Below, piece by piece: positions 52,336 through 64,000 of a DNA stretch of 64,000 nucleotides (the stretch's first letter is position 1; each line of letters opens with the position of its first letter). Under the pieces are notes generated by a model that was not told the origin of the DNA, ran no database searches, and saw only the letters and a program-made list of their open reading frames with translations. Origin of the DNA: Octopus sinensis (Eukaryota); contig NC_042999.1 in assembly GCF_006345805.1 (NCBI RefSeq), positions 104,098,001 to 104,162,000 of the forward strand, in the 5' to 3' direction. The translations under genes and the position numbers were made by a program.

Positions 52336-55300
52336 GTTTATATATATAAGGGAAAATTCACCAAAAGAATGATGACTTGATTGTCAGTTTGAAAGCATTT
52401 TTATTTATTTATGTTCTTAAATTATTAATCTATGAAAGAAAGTCAGATGCCTTTTGTCCCAAGAGAAATAAGTATTCTTTACTAGATATAAGCACTGTAG
52501 TGTATTAGTAATGTATCTATGTTTTTGTGAGTGGTTAGACCTGTATTTGCAGAAGTTGCAGAAGTTAATAACAGGACTGTATCAATAATTGATGAATAAA
52601 TTTATCAGTTGAAATAGCATAAAGCAAGCAAATTCAGCAATTGTTAATCAGGGGACAAAGATTGTAGATAGTTGTTTAAACCCATATCACCCTTGGTAAG
52701 GCAAATCTACGAACCATTTATAACTATCCAATCTTTTCACACAGGGCTTTCCTCACATATTATTCTGTCATTCCCCTTTTGTTTCTTAAAGATGGTAGGG
52801 TATGATTTGAGAGGGATTTGGTTACTATTTCTATCTGATGCAATGACCATGTAAAGGTTTTCTTGTTGGCTAATAGCAGTTGTAGAGTAAATTGGAGTTG
52901 TGTAGTCAACATCTTTTCCAAGCTAAATGGAATAGTTTGAATATGAATTGAAACTGTTTTCTGACTCTCTTCACCAAGACTGTACTTTTTGTTCTATAGT
53001 ACTCTTTCAATACTCTTTTCTTTAACATTTAAACCAGCCAATTCAGCCCAAATTATTTTACCTGTTTTATGTTCAAACTAACCAGATCCAACCTCTCATA
53101 CTTATGCTACAATGTCATTCTAACAATAAATATTCACATAACTGAAATTTTGAAGCTATGAGATAATGCATGATTAATTTCAAAAGACTGTTGACAGAAT
53201 AGTCTGAATACTAAAGGATTAATCAAACTGGGAGAAAAAAGAAGTCTCTAATTTGAAGATGTATTTTGTACTATTTTGTGTACCAGTGCATCAGACAAAA
53301 TGCTTAATATCATTTCTTCAAGCTCTTTACATTCTGAGTTCAAATCTCACAAAGGGTAAACTTTGTCTTTCAACCTATCAAAGTTGATAAAATAAAGTAC
53401 TGATCAAGGACTGGTGTTGATGCAATCAGCTTGTTTCTTTCAGTCAAAATTGCTGGCCTTGTGCGAAAATTAGAAAAACTTGTTTTTTACTGTTTTAGTG
53501 CTTTCTCCCAATATTTTCTTTTCATATCACACTGATTAAGAAATGTGTACATTCTTTGATGAATAGGATGATGAAGAACAGTTTGTTGCTCACTTTAGTC
53601 AATAACAACAAAGCATTAGAAAAATAGGACAAATAGCAAATGAGCAATATAGAAGTTAGTGTCAACATATTTTATGCTGGTAGAATTAAAAAGGCAACAA
53701 ATCATAATTATCTGGTATAAAAAAAAGCAAAAAAAAGCAAGAACAAACAAGAGAAAATAACATTAGTCAACAACTAAAGGTATTGTAATTATTTCAGTAG
53801 GAGATAATTCTGAACAAATTTCAGTCTTAATCTGACCTTATCAATGAAGCATAAATTTCATATTATTTGATAAAGAAGTGGTGTGAAAATCACTAAATCA
53901 ATTTAAAAGATATCACACTAGTTGGCATAGGGAACAAATAACTCAGGGCTACCATCTGCATCAAAAACACCAGTTCCCTATATAATTATTCCTAATTTAG
54001 TTCTTTTAATGCTCCCTGCATTAAACTTGCTAACATTAATTTAATTATAGCTTTTCATGTAGATAGTTTCTCTCAATTAAATAAAAATTTTACACACAAT
54101 TTTTTTTAATGACTAAAAATGTCTTAGGTACAGGTATAGCTCTGAGGTTTAGAAGCTCACTCCACAACCATGTGGTTTTGAGTTCAGTCCCACTTTGTGG
54201 AACTTTGAGCTAGTGCCGTCTATTATAGTCTTGATTGATCAGTGAGTGGATTTAGTGGATGGAAACTAAATGGAAGCCTGTTGTACATGAATGTATGTAT
54301 GTATGTCTCTTTTATTTTTTAATTATTATAAATCTTTGAGGAAGGAGCCGGTTTCCAACAAAGATACAAAGCTCCATCATTGGGATGTAGTTAACACTGA
54401 CAAATTCACATTTGGAACTTAAAAAAGTCTTGCATATTTTTACTCTCCCACTCACAGATTGCGCTTGTAGTGTATGAATTAGCCAGTCAATTTCTCTTCT
54501 GAAAATCCCAGTTTATCCAGATGTGTGTGTGTGTGCAGAAAAAGCGCTGTTAGTGTAAGAACATTATTTAAAAAAAAATCATTATGAGGTTGATTTTATT
54601 GACTAAACTCTTAGGGCCAGGGTGTCAGAAATGATTGCAGTTCAGTGACTGAAGTTGGTACAAGAGAAAAAGAGCAAGTGATCCTTGAGAGTAACTAACA
54701 TTCAAATAGACACTCTGAAGTGCTGCATTGCATAAAGACTACAGTAGAACAACAGGCAGACATCATAGAGGCAGCAAGCTAACAACTGAATGGAATTTCC
54801 ATAACAATTAAAACCCACCAACAACCTAAATAAAACGAGAGTTGAGTTCTATTTGCAGTTATTTTATTTGTATCTGGCGTCATAATTGTTCTTTAATTTT
54901 ACAGCTTTTTTCCCTTTAATTTCTGGCCTTTATGCTTGCAGAATTCTTTAAATATCACCCCAATCTGTAAGTGCATTGCTAAGTATATGCAGTCACAATT
55001 TTTATGCAATTAACAAATGTCAAGTTATCACCATCGTTATCCATAATTTAATGTCTGTTTTCTTTATGCTGACATGGAGATAGATGGTTCGACAGGATCT
55101 AAGAAGTTGGCAGACCATGCCAAACACTAATGTGTGATTTGGGGTGATTTCTATTCCTAGATGCCCTTCCTAATTCCAACCACTTTAGGGAGTATACTGG
55201 GTCCTTTTTATTGTGGCACCAGCACTAGTGAGGTCACCCATTAACTTGCAAGACTAAAGTAAATTAAATTAAAAACTCTGTATCTTGCTTGTTGGCTTAC

Positions 55301-55588
55301 TTCATGCTCTTGCTTGCTGCTAGGCTAGTAGTCCAGAGATGTCATTGTACATATAGCCAACCAAGTCAATCAGTGTTCCCCATCGTTGGCAGTCCCATGT
55401 CTGCCCCTCGGCATTCTCAATCTTATTTTTTTGTTCACAAAATAATTTTGTAAAAAAAAAAAACCCTAACTTTTTTGCAAAAAAAACCTAACCCATATAT
55501 TGGGGCTGATCTGTGGTTAAACAACAACTACTACTTCTGCGGCTTTACAGAAAAACAAATTTACATAGAACTCTAATATCTGTGAGTG

Positions 55589-56120
55589 GAATTCTGGCTT
55601 AAGTACCCCATATAATCCCTCATAATTTTTATATTTTTTGGAATTTTCAAAAAGATTTTGTGAATTTGTATTCTATACATGAGATCTCATACTTATGAAA
55701 AAACAATTTGTAAAAAAAATTTTATAACCCCACCTCCCTCATAAATCCTAAAAGTTCCACTATTATGAAATTTAAAAAAATTAGTGTTTAAAATACAGTT
55801 TGAATTTTTTGCTTAAACCACAGCAATGGACCACTTTTTGGGGCATCATCATTCCATTAAATGTGTTCATTGGGAGAAAAATATTGAAAAACATCAATAC
55901 ATGTCAGAGTGACAATGAAATGAAGAAGGTATCAGGTGGTCATGAATGGTGTTAGAAATAACAGCTAAATCGCTCTTAAATCACACACAAAAAATAATCT
56001 TTTTTAATATATATAATTGTATGAGTTCCCATGTAGAATACAAATTCGCAATAATTTTCTGAAAATTCCAAAAAATAAAAAAATTATGAGGCATTATATC
56101 GGGTGCTTAATCCAGAATTC
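55589..56120. mobile_element. Non-autonomous DNA transposon/MITE with ~105-bp imperfect TIRs
   Basis: The left gaattctggcttaagtaccccatataatccctcataattt...ctcatac matches the reverse complement of the right gtatgagttccc...attatgaggcattatatcgggtgcttaatccagaattc. Confidence 0.7.
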
Positions 56121-56419
56121 TGTCTTTCTGTATATTTCATTGTAAGAAAAATTTAGTGGGAGTATAAAAAAACCAAAAAAACATAGCAATAAATAAATAA
56201 AAGAAGGAAAGAAAAGAAAAATCCTTCTTATATAAGCAAATAACAAAACGTTGAATGGTAATTACATTAAAGATTTTGTTGGTTTTCTTCTAAGGATTGG
56301 AGGGAACAAAAAAATATGCATAAAAATAAAAATAAACTGAAAATAATTCCAAATATTACTTGGTTTTTATTGTAATTATTGTTTTCAAAATACATGTATA
56401 TACATATATATATATTTAC

Positions 56420-56545
56420 CTTTTTAACAGCTGAGTATTCCTCTTCTAGCTTCCTATAGTCGTTTTTGTAGCTTGAAATTGCTAATTCCTTTGTATTGGC
56501 ATCGTATTGTAAAGTGTTTATTTTTTTCTGCAACTGCGTATTTTC
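56420..56545 (-). CDS. Internal coding exon (126 nt, phase 0/0) of the same coiled-coil gene
   Basis: Minus strand reads ttgtttatttatgaag|GAA...AAA AAG|gtaaat. It encodes ENTQLQKKINTLQYDANTKELAISSYKNDYRKLEEEYSAVKK, in frame with the upstream exon. Confidence 0.85.
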
Positions 56546-57529
56546 CTTCATAAATAAACAAATAAGCAAATATAAGCACGGTTTATCAGTTTATGTTTAA
56601 CCCATTAGCATTTAAACCACCCATATCCAGTACAAATATTCTGCCTGTTTTATATTCAGACCAGCTAGATCTGGCCCCTCACACTTGTTCTACAATGTCA
56701 TTCTGAAAATAAACTATCTTATCATTGAAATCTTGAAGCTATGAGATAATGCATGATTAGTTAAAAGCGATGTAAACAAATAAGCCTTACATTCAACAGA
56801 GTAATCTGAATGCTTACTGGGTTTACTAGAAAAGACAATAAGGTATTGATGAATTGGTAAAGTCTAATAGAGTATCAGGTAAGACTGCCTTGTGGTTTGG
56901 TTTTTATTCTGGTTCTCTGAGTTCTGATATGATTTCAAATTCCATTGAGACCAACTTTGCCTTTCCTCATTTCAAAGTTGACAAATTAAGAAAAAAAAAA
57001 AAAAATACCAGTCAAATATTGTAGTGGAATTTCCTTCCCCCTCTCTTTATCTCTTTTACTTTCTCACAATTGACTACTTGGCTTTGAAGCAAGAAGTTTG
57101 CTTCCCAACCATATGGGTTGGGAAGCAACCCATTGGGTTCAGTCCTGATGCATGGCACCTTGAGTAAGAGCTTTCTAGTATAGTCCCAGCCTATCCAAGG
57201 CTTTATGAGTGGTTTTAGTCGTTGGAAATTGAAAGATGCCTGTTGTATATATGTATACATAAATATATATTGATGTCATTACTATATACAGTCATTGAGT
57301 CTCATTCATGTACCAAACATAAGTACAAGGTCACAAATCTTGCAGTGAGGGCTTCATTGATTTTATAAGTTTACAAACAGTGACCCTTGGAGTCAGCTTT
57401 TGTAAACTTCTAAAAACATCCAATTATTAAAGTGAAAATATTATCAGAAAAGCCATTTCTATTCATTTTTTCAAATATATAATACTGTACCAAGGATTTT
57501 CTGTTTCTTATTCTGCTATATATATATTT

Positions 57530-58240
57530 TTTGTAGTTTCAGCTCACACTGTGGCACCGCCGTTTTGCTACACTGTTATTACTGAGAGCCTTCTCTATGT
57601 GGCACTTGGTGAAGAATGGAGCTTGATGTCACTACCCTCATTTGCACCTCTTGCCGTGAGGTAGGTTCATCTGGGACTTTCGACAGGAAGAGGTCCAGTT
57701 ATGATTTGAAAACACCTACACACACTTTGTGTAGGTTCCTCAGGTGCTTTGGGAGAATATTAAATAGCTGTGGGGCCCTGAAACCCAGGCTGTTGCAGTA
57801 ACTGGTCCTGAAGTGTGATGGCATTGCTGGGATCTTTGACACTGTGCAGCATTGACCTGTTCTGGCATTGGTGTAGCTTTGAAAGCCAAAATTTGGCACA
57901 ATTCCTTCCAGGATCTTCCAGATGTATATTACTGCATACCTCTCCTGCCTTCGCTCCAGGGAGTAGAGTCTTAGCTGTTTTAGCCTTTCCCAGAAGCTGA
58001 AATGTTGCAATGAGATGATCTTCTTTGTGAAGCTTCGCTGGATTGCTTCAAGGTCCGCTGTTAATTTTACACTATTGGGTGACCAAAGCTGGGAGCAGTA
58101 ATCCAGGTGGCTGAGGACAAATGTCCTCCATAGGACCATCATGGTTTCCTTATCTCTGGTTCTGAATGTTTTCAGGATCCATCCAGCCAGTCATCTGCAA
58201 TTTGTCACCATCCTGGTAATGTGCACTTGGAAAGAAGTAT
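57530..58240 (-). mobile_element. CR1-like LINE ORF2 3' fragment
   Basis: Translates LWRTFVLSHLDYCSQLWSP...LEAIQRSFTK...ERLKQLRLYSLERRQERYAVIYIWKIL...LFNILPKHLRN, the classic CR1 post-RT domain. Confidence 0.9.
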
Positions 58241-58793
58241 CATCACTCATGTCGATACCCAGCTCCCTGTGGCATGTAAAAAGCACTATCCAAATGTGAT
58301 TGATGCCAGGGCTGCCTGACTGGCTTCTGTGCTGGTGGCATATAAATAGCACCCACTACACTCTTGGAGTGGTTGGTGTTAGGAAGGGCTTCCAGCTGTA
58401 GAAACATTGGAGTCTGGTGCAGCTGTTGGCTTTCCAGACATCAGTCAAACCGTCCAACCTATGCCAGTATTGAAAACAGACGTTAAACAATGATGATGGT
58501 GATAATGATGATGATACACACACACACACACATATAGATCTACTTCCCTGTAACTTTGCAGTTTTCCCACATCACTGCTTGACAACCAGTGTTGGTTTGT
58601 TTATGTCACCATAACTTAGCAGTTTGGCATAAGTGATTGCTAGAATAAGTACCAGATTTAAAAACATAAAAACTGGGGTTGATTCATTTGACTGAAACCT
58701 TTCGAAAACCAGCATGGCCACAGTCCAATGACAGAAACAAGTAAAAAGATAATTAAAGATAAAATACCCTGCAAAATGATGCCTTGCAAAAAC

Positions 58794-58827
<34 letters not shown>

Positions 58828-59919
58828 GGATAACGACACACAATCATTGTGCTGAGCTAGGAAATTTCCATGACATGTACTAAGTATTTGTCAAAGAACT
58901 GACCAGGGATCATCAATTAGAAGACACTATGGACAATAAATACAAGCATGGAATTATGGTTCATTTACTTTGTTGTTGTTACAAATGTACCGTTTTTTAA
59001 AAATCATAATTTTGAATAGATTTTAGCATCAGTTCATTTTGATTTCTTTCCTAGTAGAAAGATTCAAGTACAGTTACTTGCTCATGTGCCAAACATAAGT
59101 ACAAGGCCACAAGTCTTGTAGTGAAGGCTTCATTGATTGAATCAAATTTAGTAATTGACTTATAGATATTTCATTTATCCAAGAAGGACGAAAACCAAAG
59201 CCAGTCCCAGTGTGACTTAATTCTTTTGATATCAACCTACTTGAGACTGCCCTTGGTTCTATGATACCAACACTCTGTTTTGAAATGATCAGAAATTAAA
59301 ATCTTCCATCAAAATTTCATGTTAATTTATGTTCTGAACACTAACTTAATAAATATCAAAGGTATTTTTTGCTAAATTCTTGTTATTTTCAAAAGTAACT
59401 GAAACAAAGGCAAGGTATTTCAGAAATATGGTAAGAAAAGAGTTAAACTCATAATATAAAGGGATGTAACTCAATTCTTTTAATATGTTCTAACTGCTGC
59501 TCTAATAGCTTAGCTGCTCATTATTCTAAACATAACAGTTTCTGATTTTGATACTAGGCCAGTAATTTTAGAAGGAAGGGACAAATCTATTACATTGACC
59601 TCAGTGTTTGACAGGTGGTTTATTTTATTGCCTTGAAAGCTTGAAAGAATAAAAAGTAAAGTCAACTGCAGTGGAATTTGAACTTAGATTGTAAAGAACC
59701 TGAAGAAATGCTGCTAAGCACTTTTTGTGACGTGCTAAGATTCTGCCAGCTCATCACCTGCCATTAGTCTAAACAAAGCCTGAAATTTTAGGAGAGGGGC
59801 AAAAATGCATTTGCACCAAAAGCCAATATGAGAGTTTCTCTCATGGTATCTGCTACAGTATAGCTTGTTCTAATAGAACATCCACATTTAAGCGGGTATA
59901 GATATTTTCTCTCAGCATT

Positions 59920-60300
59920 TATTAGCGACTTTCTCTGTCGCTAATATATTTTTTGATGTCATTAATGTTTCTCTCAACTCTTTGTAAGTCAATAACTATA
60001 GGAAAGATATGAGCAAAGAGGAAATTCAGAGGAATGATGTTTGGGGAAGGAAGGACTGAGCATAGTGATTAGTATGGAGCTCATGGGGTTGGACACAAGA
60101 AGGCAGTGAAAGGAAGAGAGACAAGTAAGACAGGAAGGCCTGAGTAAAGGTATGAAACCAGTTAGCTCCAAAGGGCAGAGGCAGTTATAGTAGCAGTAGA
60201 AAAGGCAGAGAAAGGAAACAGCATGTTAGTAGGGAAAGGCCTGAAGTATGCTTGTGAGTGACTTTATGCCAATCAATTGTAAGTCTCTTTTCTGGATGTA
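59920..60300 (-). mobile_element. Old CR1/L2-like LINE 3' end remnant
   Basis: Broken frames give ...VSNPMSS...SFP...IFPIVIDLQRVERNIN, resembling the CR1 ORF2 terminus (P..DL..FKR.IN), followed by a 9-bp hairpin. Confidence 0.45.
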
Positions 60301-61010
60301 GTTTAGGATGTCTATGTGAGTTGTTGTCATCATTATTATCAGTCATTGATGTCATAGTTATCGTCATCATTGTTGTCGTTGTTGTCAGCAGCAGCATCTT
60401 AGCTGTTAGAGCAATACTCTGTTTCCACTGAGTGTTTCACCTAAGATGTGTACAGTATCAATAATTGTAAAATATCAATTGTAAACTCTGAAAAGGTAAA
60501 AACCAAAAAGAGTTTGCCATGGTTTCTATTTTAGGTAGAAGACCAGCAGTTTTTGAGGGAAAGGAGTTAGCTTGATACCATTAATTCTACTACTTGACTG
60601 GTACTTTATTTTATTGACCCTAGACAGATGAAAGGAGGGTCAACCATAGCAGGATTTGAACTTAAAGCATAAAGACTCAGAAGAAATATCACACAGTATT
60701 TTTTCAAATGCTCAGACAAATCTACAGAGTCACTGTCTTAATCGAACAAGATAATAATGGTTTCAAATTTTGGCATAGGGTCAGCAGTTTATGAGGAGAG
60801 GGGGAAATCAATTACATTGACCCCAGTTCTTGACTGGTACTTACTTTGTTAATCTTGAAAGGATGAAAGGTAGAGTTGAGCTCAATGGCATTTGAATTCA
60901 GAATGTAAAACCAAAAGAAATGCCATTAAGCATTTTGTCTGGTGCAGTAATGATTCTGCCAGCTCACTGCCTTAAACAAGATAATTATTATTATTATTAT
61001 TATTATTATT

Positions 61011-61042
<32 letters not shown>

Positions 61043-61461
61043 AACAACGGCGACAACGATGATGCAGTACCAGGCAGTGGCTCTCATGGCTTCTAATCTT
61101 AACTGACTGGAAGTGTTATCATGTACTTTGGAGCTTGAATGATTCACCTCTGGAAACATGGGTGTTTCATTCAACATCCTTAAATATCTCTTATTCAGAG
61201 ACATTTTGAGTGGGATGGGCTACTCAACCTGAAGAAAATTCTAACTGGGCACCACCTACAAGGTCATATGCTGTTTATCTTGATATGAAATCACCATGTC
61301 GCACACATATGGTTGTGATGCATGTGCCTTGTGTTCCCTTTACCAGACAGGTAGACATTATGGACATATAGGGCTTTGTATATTTGTACCCCAGTGTCAC
61401 TTTGATGGCATTCACTGCTCTCTTGCACAATAATAATAACAACAACAACAACAATAATTCA

Positions 61462-61935
61462 GACAAAGATCATGTCTCCTCATTGATATGGCTGTCCCAT
61501 TCAATATAAATGTATCTGTCAAGACCTACCAAAAACTGAGCCAGTATAAAGATCTTGAAATAGAAATTAACAAAATGTGGAACCTGAAGACTAAAACAAT
61601 ATCTGTTGTCATAGGTGCCCTAGGAATGATAGCAAAGGGGCTGATTGCTACCTTGCTCAGATACCAGGAAACCCCAAAATGGCAGAAATTCAAAAAATAG
61701 TGCTCATGGGAACTGCTCATATCCTATGCAAAATACTTTCTATGTAATCTCAAGTTTTAAAACAAACACATCATTTTCTTATGGTTTCTTAAACATTCAC
61801 TAGTACAACACTTTGTACAAAACCAAATATATGGCACCCTAGGCATAACACCAACATTAACTTCCAACTTGTTGTCTCTTGAGGTCTCCGGGTGAGACTT
61901 GGCGCCAACTTGTACAAATGTAAAGTAAAAGTCAA
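61462..61935 (+). mobile_element. R4/Dong-like site-specific non-LTR retrotransposon 3' fragment (restriction-like endonuclease region)
   Basis: Translates SCLLIDMAVPFNINVSVKTYQKLSQYKDLEIEINKMWNLKTKTISVVIGALGMIAKG...IQKIVLMGTAHILCKILSM*. It is flanked by (AAC/AAT)n. Confidence 0.75.
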
Positions 61936-61982
61936 ACATAAAATAACAATAATAATAATAACAACCATAGCAATAAACAAAC

Positions 61983-62150
61983 CTTAAGCAATTCTTCTTT
62001 ACTGGTATTTATATCTTGAAGCTTTAGCTTCTCTCCATTTAACTCTTCCTGAAACAAATCTTTTTCTGTACGTATGACTGCTAATTGTGATTGTAAGTCT
62101 GACAGAGAATTCTCACAGTGTTTCAACTGTTTTGAAATGAGTTCTTTATC
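61983..62150 (-). CDS. Internal coding exon (168 nt, phase 0/0) of a long coiled-coil protein gene
   Basis: Minus strand reads ctctatttag|GAT...CTT AAG|gtttgt. The open frame DKELISKQLKHCENSLSDLQSQLAVIRTEKDLFQEELNGEKLKLQDINTSKEELLK is E/K/L/Q-rich with heptad character. Confidence 0.85.
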
Positions 62151-62550
62151 CTAAATAGAGGGAATAACGGAAAATTGAGAGAAAGAACACATATGTTCTA
62201 ATGTTTAGATGTATCTTCCTTACATAAGGAGGACAGATTATACAATAAACAATGCTATTCTTTACTACAGAGTAAAACCATCATAATTTCATGAAGTTTG
62301 GAAAATTGCATGCTTTTTTTTTCACTCTTTATACCCACACTCATTGGAAACACTGTTCTAGGCCATGTTGAAGAGAAAATGATTGTCAAAGACTGGCACT
62401 CTGTTGGTTATGATGACTAGAGTTCCAGTTGATATGATCAACAGAACAGCCTGCTCATGAAATTAAGATGCAAGTGGCTGAGTACTCTACAGACGCATGT
62501 ACTCTTGATGTAGTTCTCAGAGAGAATCAGGGTGACACAGAATGTGACAA

Positions 62551-62780
62551 AGGTGGCAAGCTGGCAGAACGTTAGCATGCCGGGCAAAATGCTTAGCAGT
62601 ATTTTGTTTGCCGCTACATTCTGAGTTCAAATTTCGCCGAGGTTGACTTTGCCTTTCATCCTTTTGGGGTCGATAAATTAAGTACCAGTTATGCACTGGG
62701 GTCGATGTAATCATCTTAATCCCTTTGTCATCCTTGTCTGTCCCCTCTATGTTTAGCCCCTTGTGGGTAACAAAGAAATA
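62551..62780 (+). mobile_element. SINE family S1 monomer
   Basis: Full-length copy. The 12-bp TSD agaatgtgacaa is at 62539-62550 and 62781-62792. Confidence 0.9.
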
Positions 62781-63339
62781 AGAATGTGACAAGGCTGGCC
62801 TTTTGAATTACGGATACTCCTCATTTTTGTCAGCTGAGTGGACTGGAACAACATAAAATAGAGTGTCTTGCTTGACGACACAACATATTGCCAGAAATTG
62901 AACTCACAACCTATGATTATAAGCCAAATACTCTTACCACTAAGCCATGTGCCTTCCCTGATTGTCAAAGACTCACTTAGCAACATGTTATTCAACTTCT
63001 GTCTACAGATTCACTGCTTTTTTGCCCCTCTATATCTAGTGAAGGCACATAACTCAGTGGTTAGAGCATTGGGCTCACAATCATGAAGTAGTAGGTTTGA
63101 TTCCCAGGTCAGGTTGTGTGTTGTGTCCTTGAGCAAGACACTTTATTTCACATTGCTCCATTTCGCTCATCTGTAGAAATGAGTTGCGATGTTACTGGTA
63201 CCTTTCTCTTGGATAACATCAGTGGCATGGAAAGAGGAGGCTGGTAAGACTTGTGCCTTAGAGGGAACTTTCATACATAACTGAAGGGGATCTTTACCAT
63301 TAACCCCATATCTATTATATTGCTAAAACCTACCAGCAT

Positions 63340-63620
63340 CGCCTTACCGGCACTTGTGCCGGTGTGTAGGTGACATGTAAAAAAAACCAAGATTTTTTCG
63401 AGGCCATTGCCAGTACCACCTGACTGGCCCTTGTGCCGGTGGCACATGAAAGCACCCACTATAATCTTGGAGTGGTTGGCGTTAGGAAGGGCATCTAGCT
63501 GTAGAAACTCTGCCAGATCAAGACTGGAGCCTGGTGCAGCCATCTGGTGTGCCAGTCCTCGGCCAAATCGTCCAACCCATGCTAGCATGGAAAGTGGACA
63601 TTAAACGATGATGATGATGA
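63340..63620 (+). mobile_element. RTE LINE 3' UTR fragment
   Basis: Same UTR family, ending gacattaaac(gat)n. Confidence 0.8.
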
Positions 63621-64000
63621 TGGTTCACATCTGATCCCCTGAAAAAGGAAATTCTCTACTTCCTTTACCCCAGCCCAACAAACACATCTGTCTCACTTTC
63701 TCTTGCTCACCTATTATTTATCTACCCACTATTTCTAATCATTTCTCCCTTGAGCAATCAACAATGGAATTCTCTCTTTGCTCTTATCTTTACCTGTAGG
63801 CAGTGACTTACACATGTTCAAGCTGAGCATAAACCACAATCATCTAACTTGTTTTAGACAGTCTGTGAAGCTATAAAAAATTTAACCAGTTATATGTATT
63901 CAAAAAAACAAAAACAAAAAAAAAATATAAGAATGCAGACAGTAGAAAAGATGAATTAGATTTACAGACCTCTTCTAAAGATTTATATCCATCAGCCAAA

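Overview
This is AT-rich eukaryotic genomic DNA, almost certainly from an octopus (coleoid cephalopod), judged from SINE and RTE repeat families I recognise from memory. There are no prokaryotic features, rRNA, bona fide tRNA or CRISPR arrays. The window lies inside one minus-strand gene for a long coiled-coil protein. Three phase-0 exons are supported (62150-61983, 56545-56420, 1193-1026), implying introns of about 5.4 kb and up to about 55 kb. The joined peptide resembles, from memory, the central coiled coil of SYCP1; this is tentative. The rest is microsatellites, tRNA-derived SINEs, RTE/CR1/L1-Tx1/R4 LINE remnants, mariner and TTAA-flanked MITEs, a 1.13-kb near-identical tandem duplication, and several Penelope-like element (PLE) remnants. 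The most notable signal is a set of (TA)n-embedded, PLE-type non-coding modules with hammerhead ribozyme (HHR) motifs. The best is a young-looking head-to-head element at 47041-47570. It forms a ~197-bp near-perfect hairpin and contains a complete type I hammerhead with the U3-A8 core covariation, on the same strand as the host pre-mRNA. Almost all ORFs in the supplied track are microsatellite artefacts.
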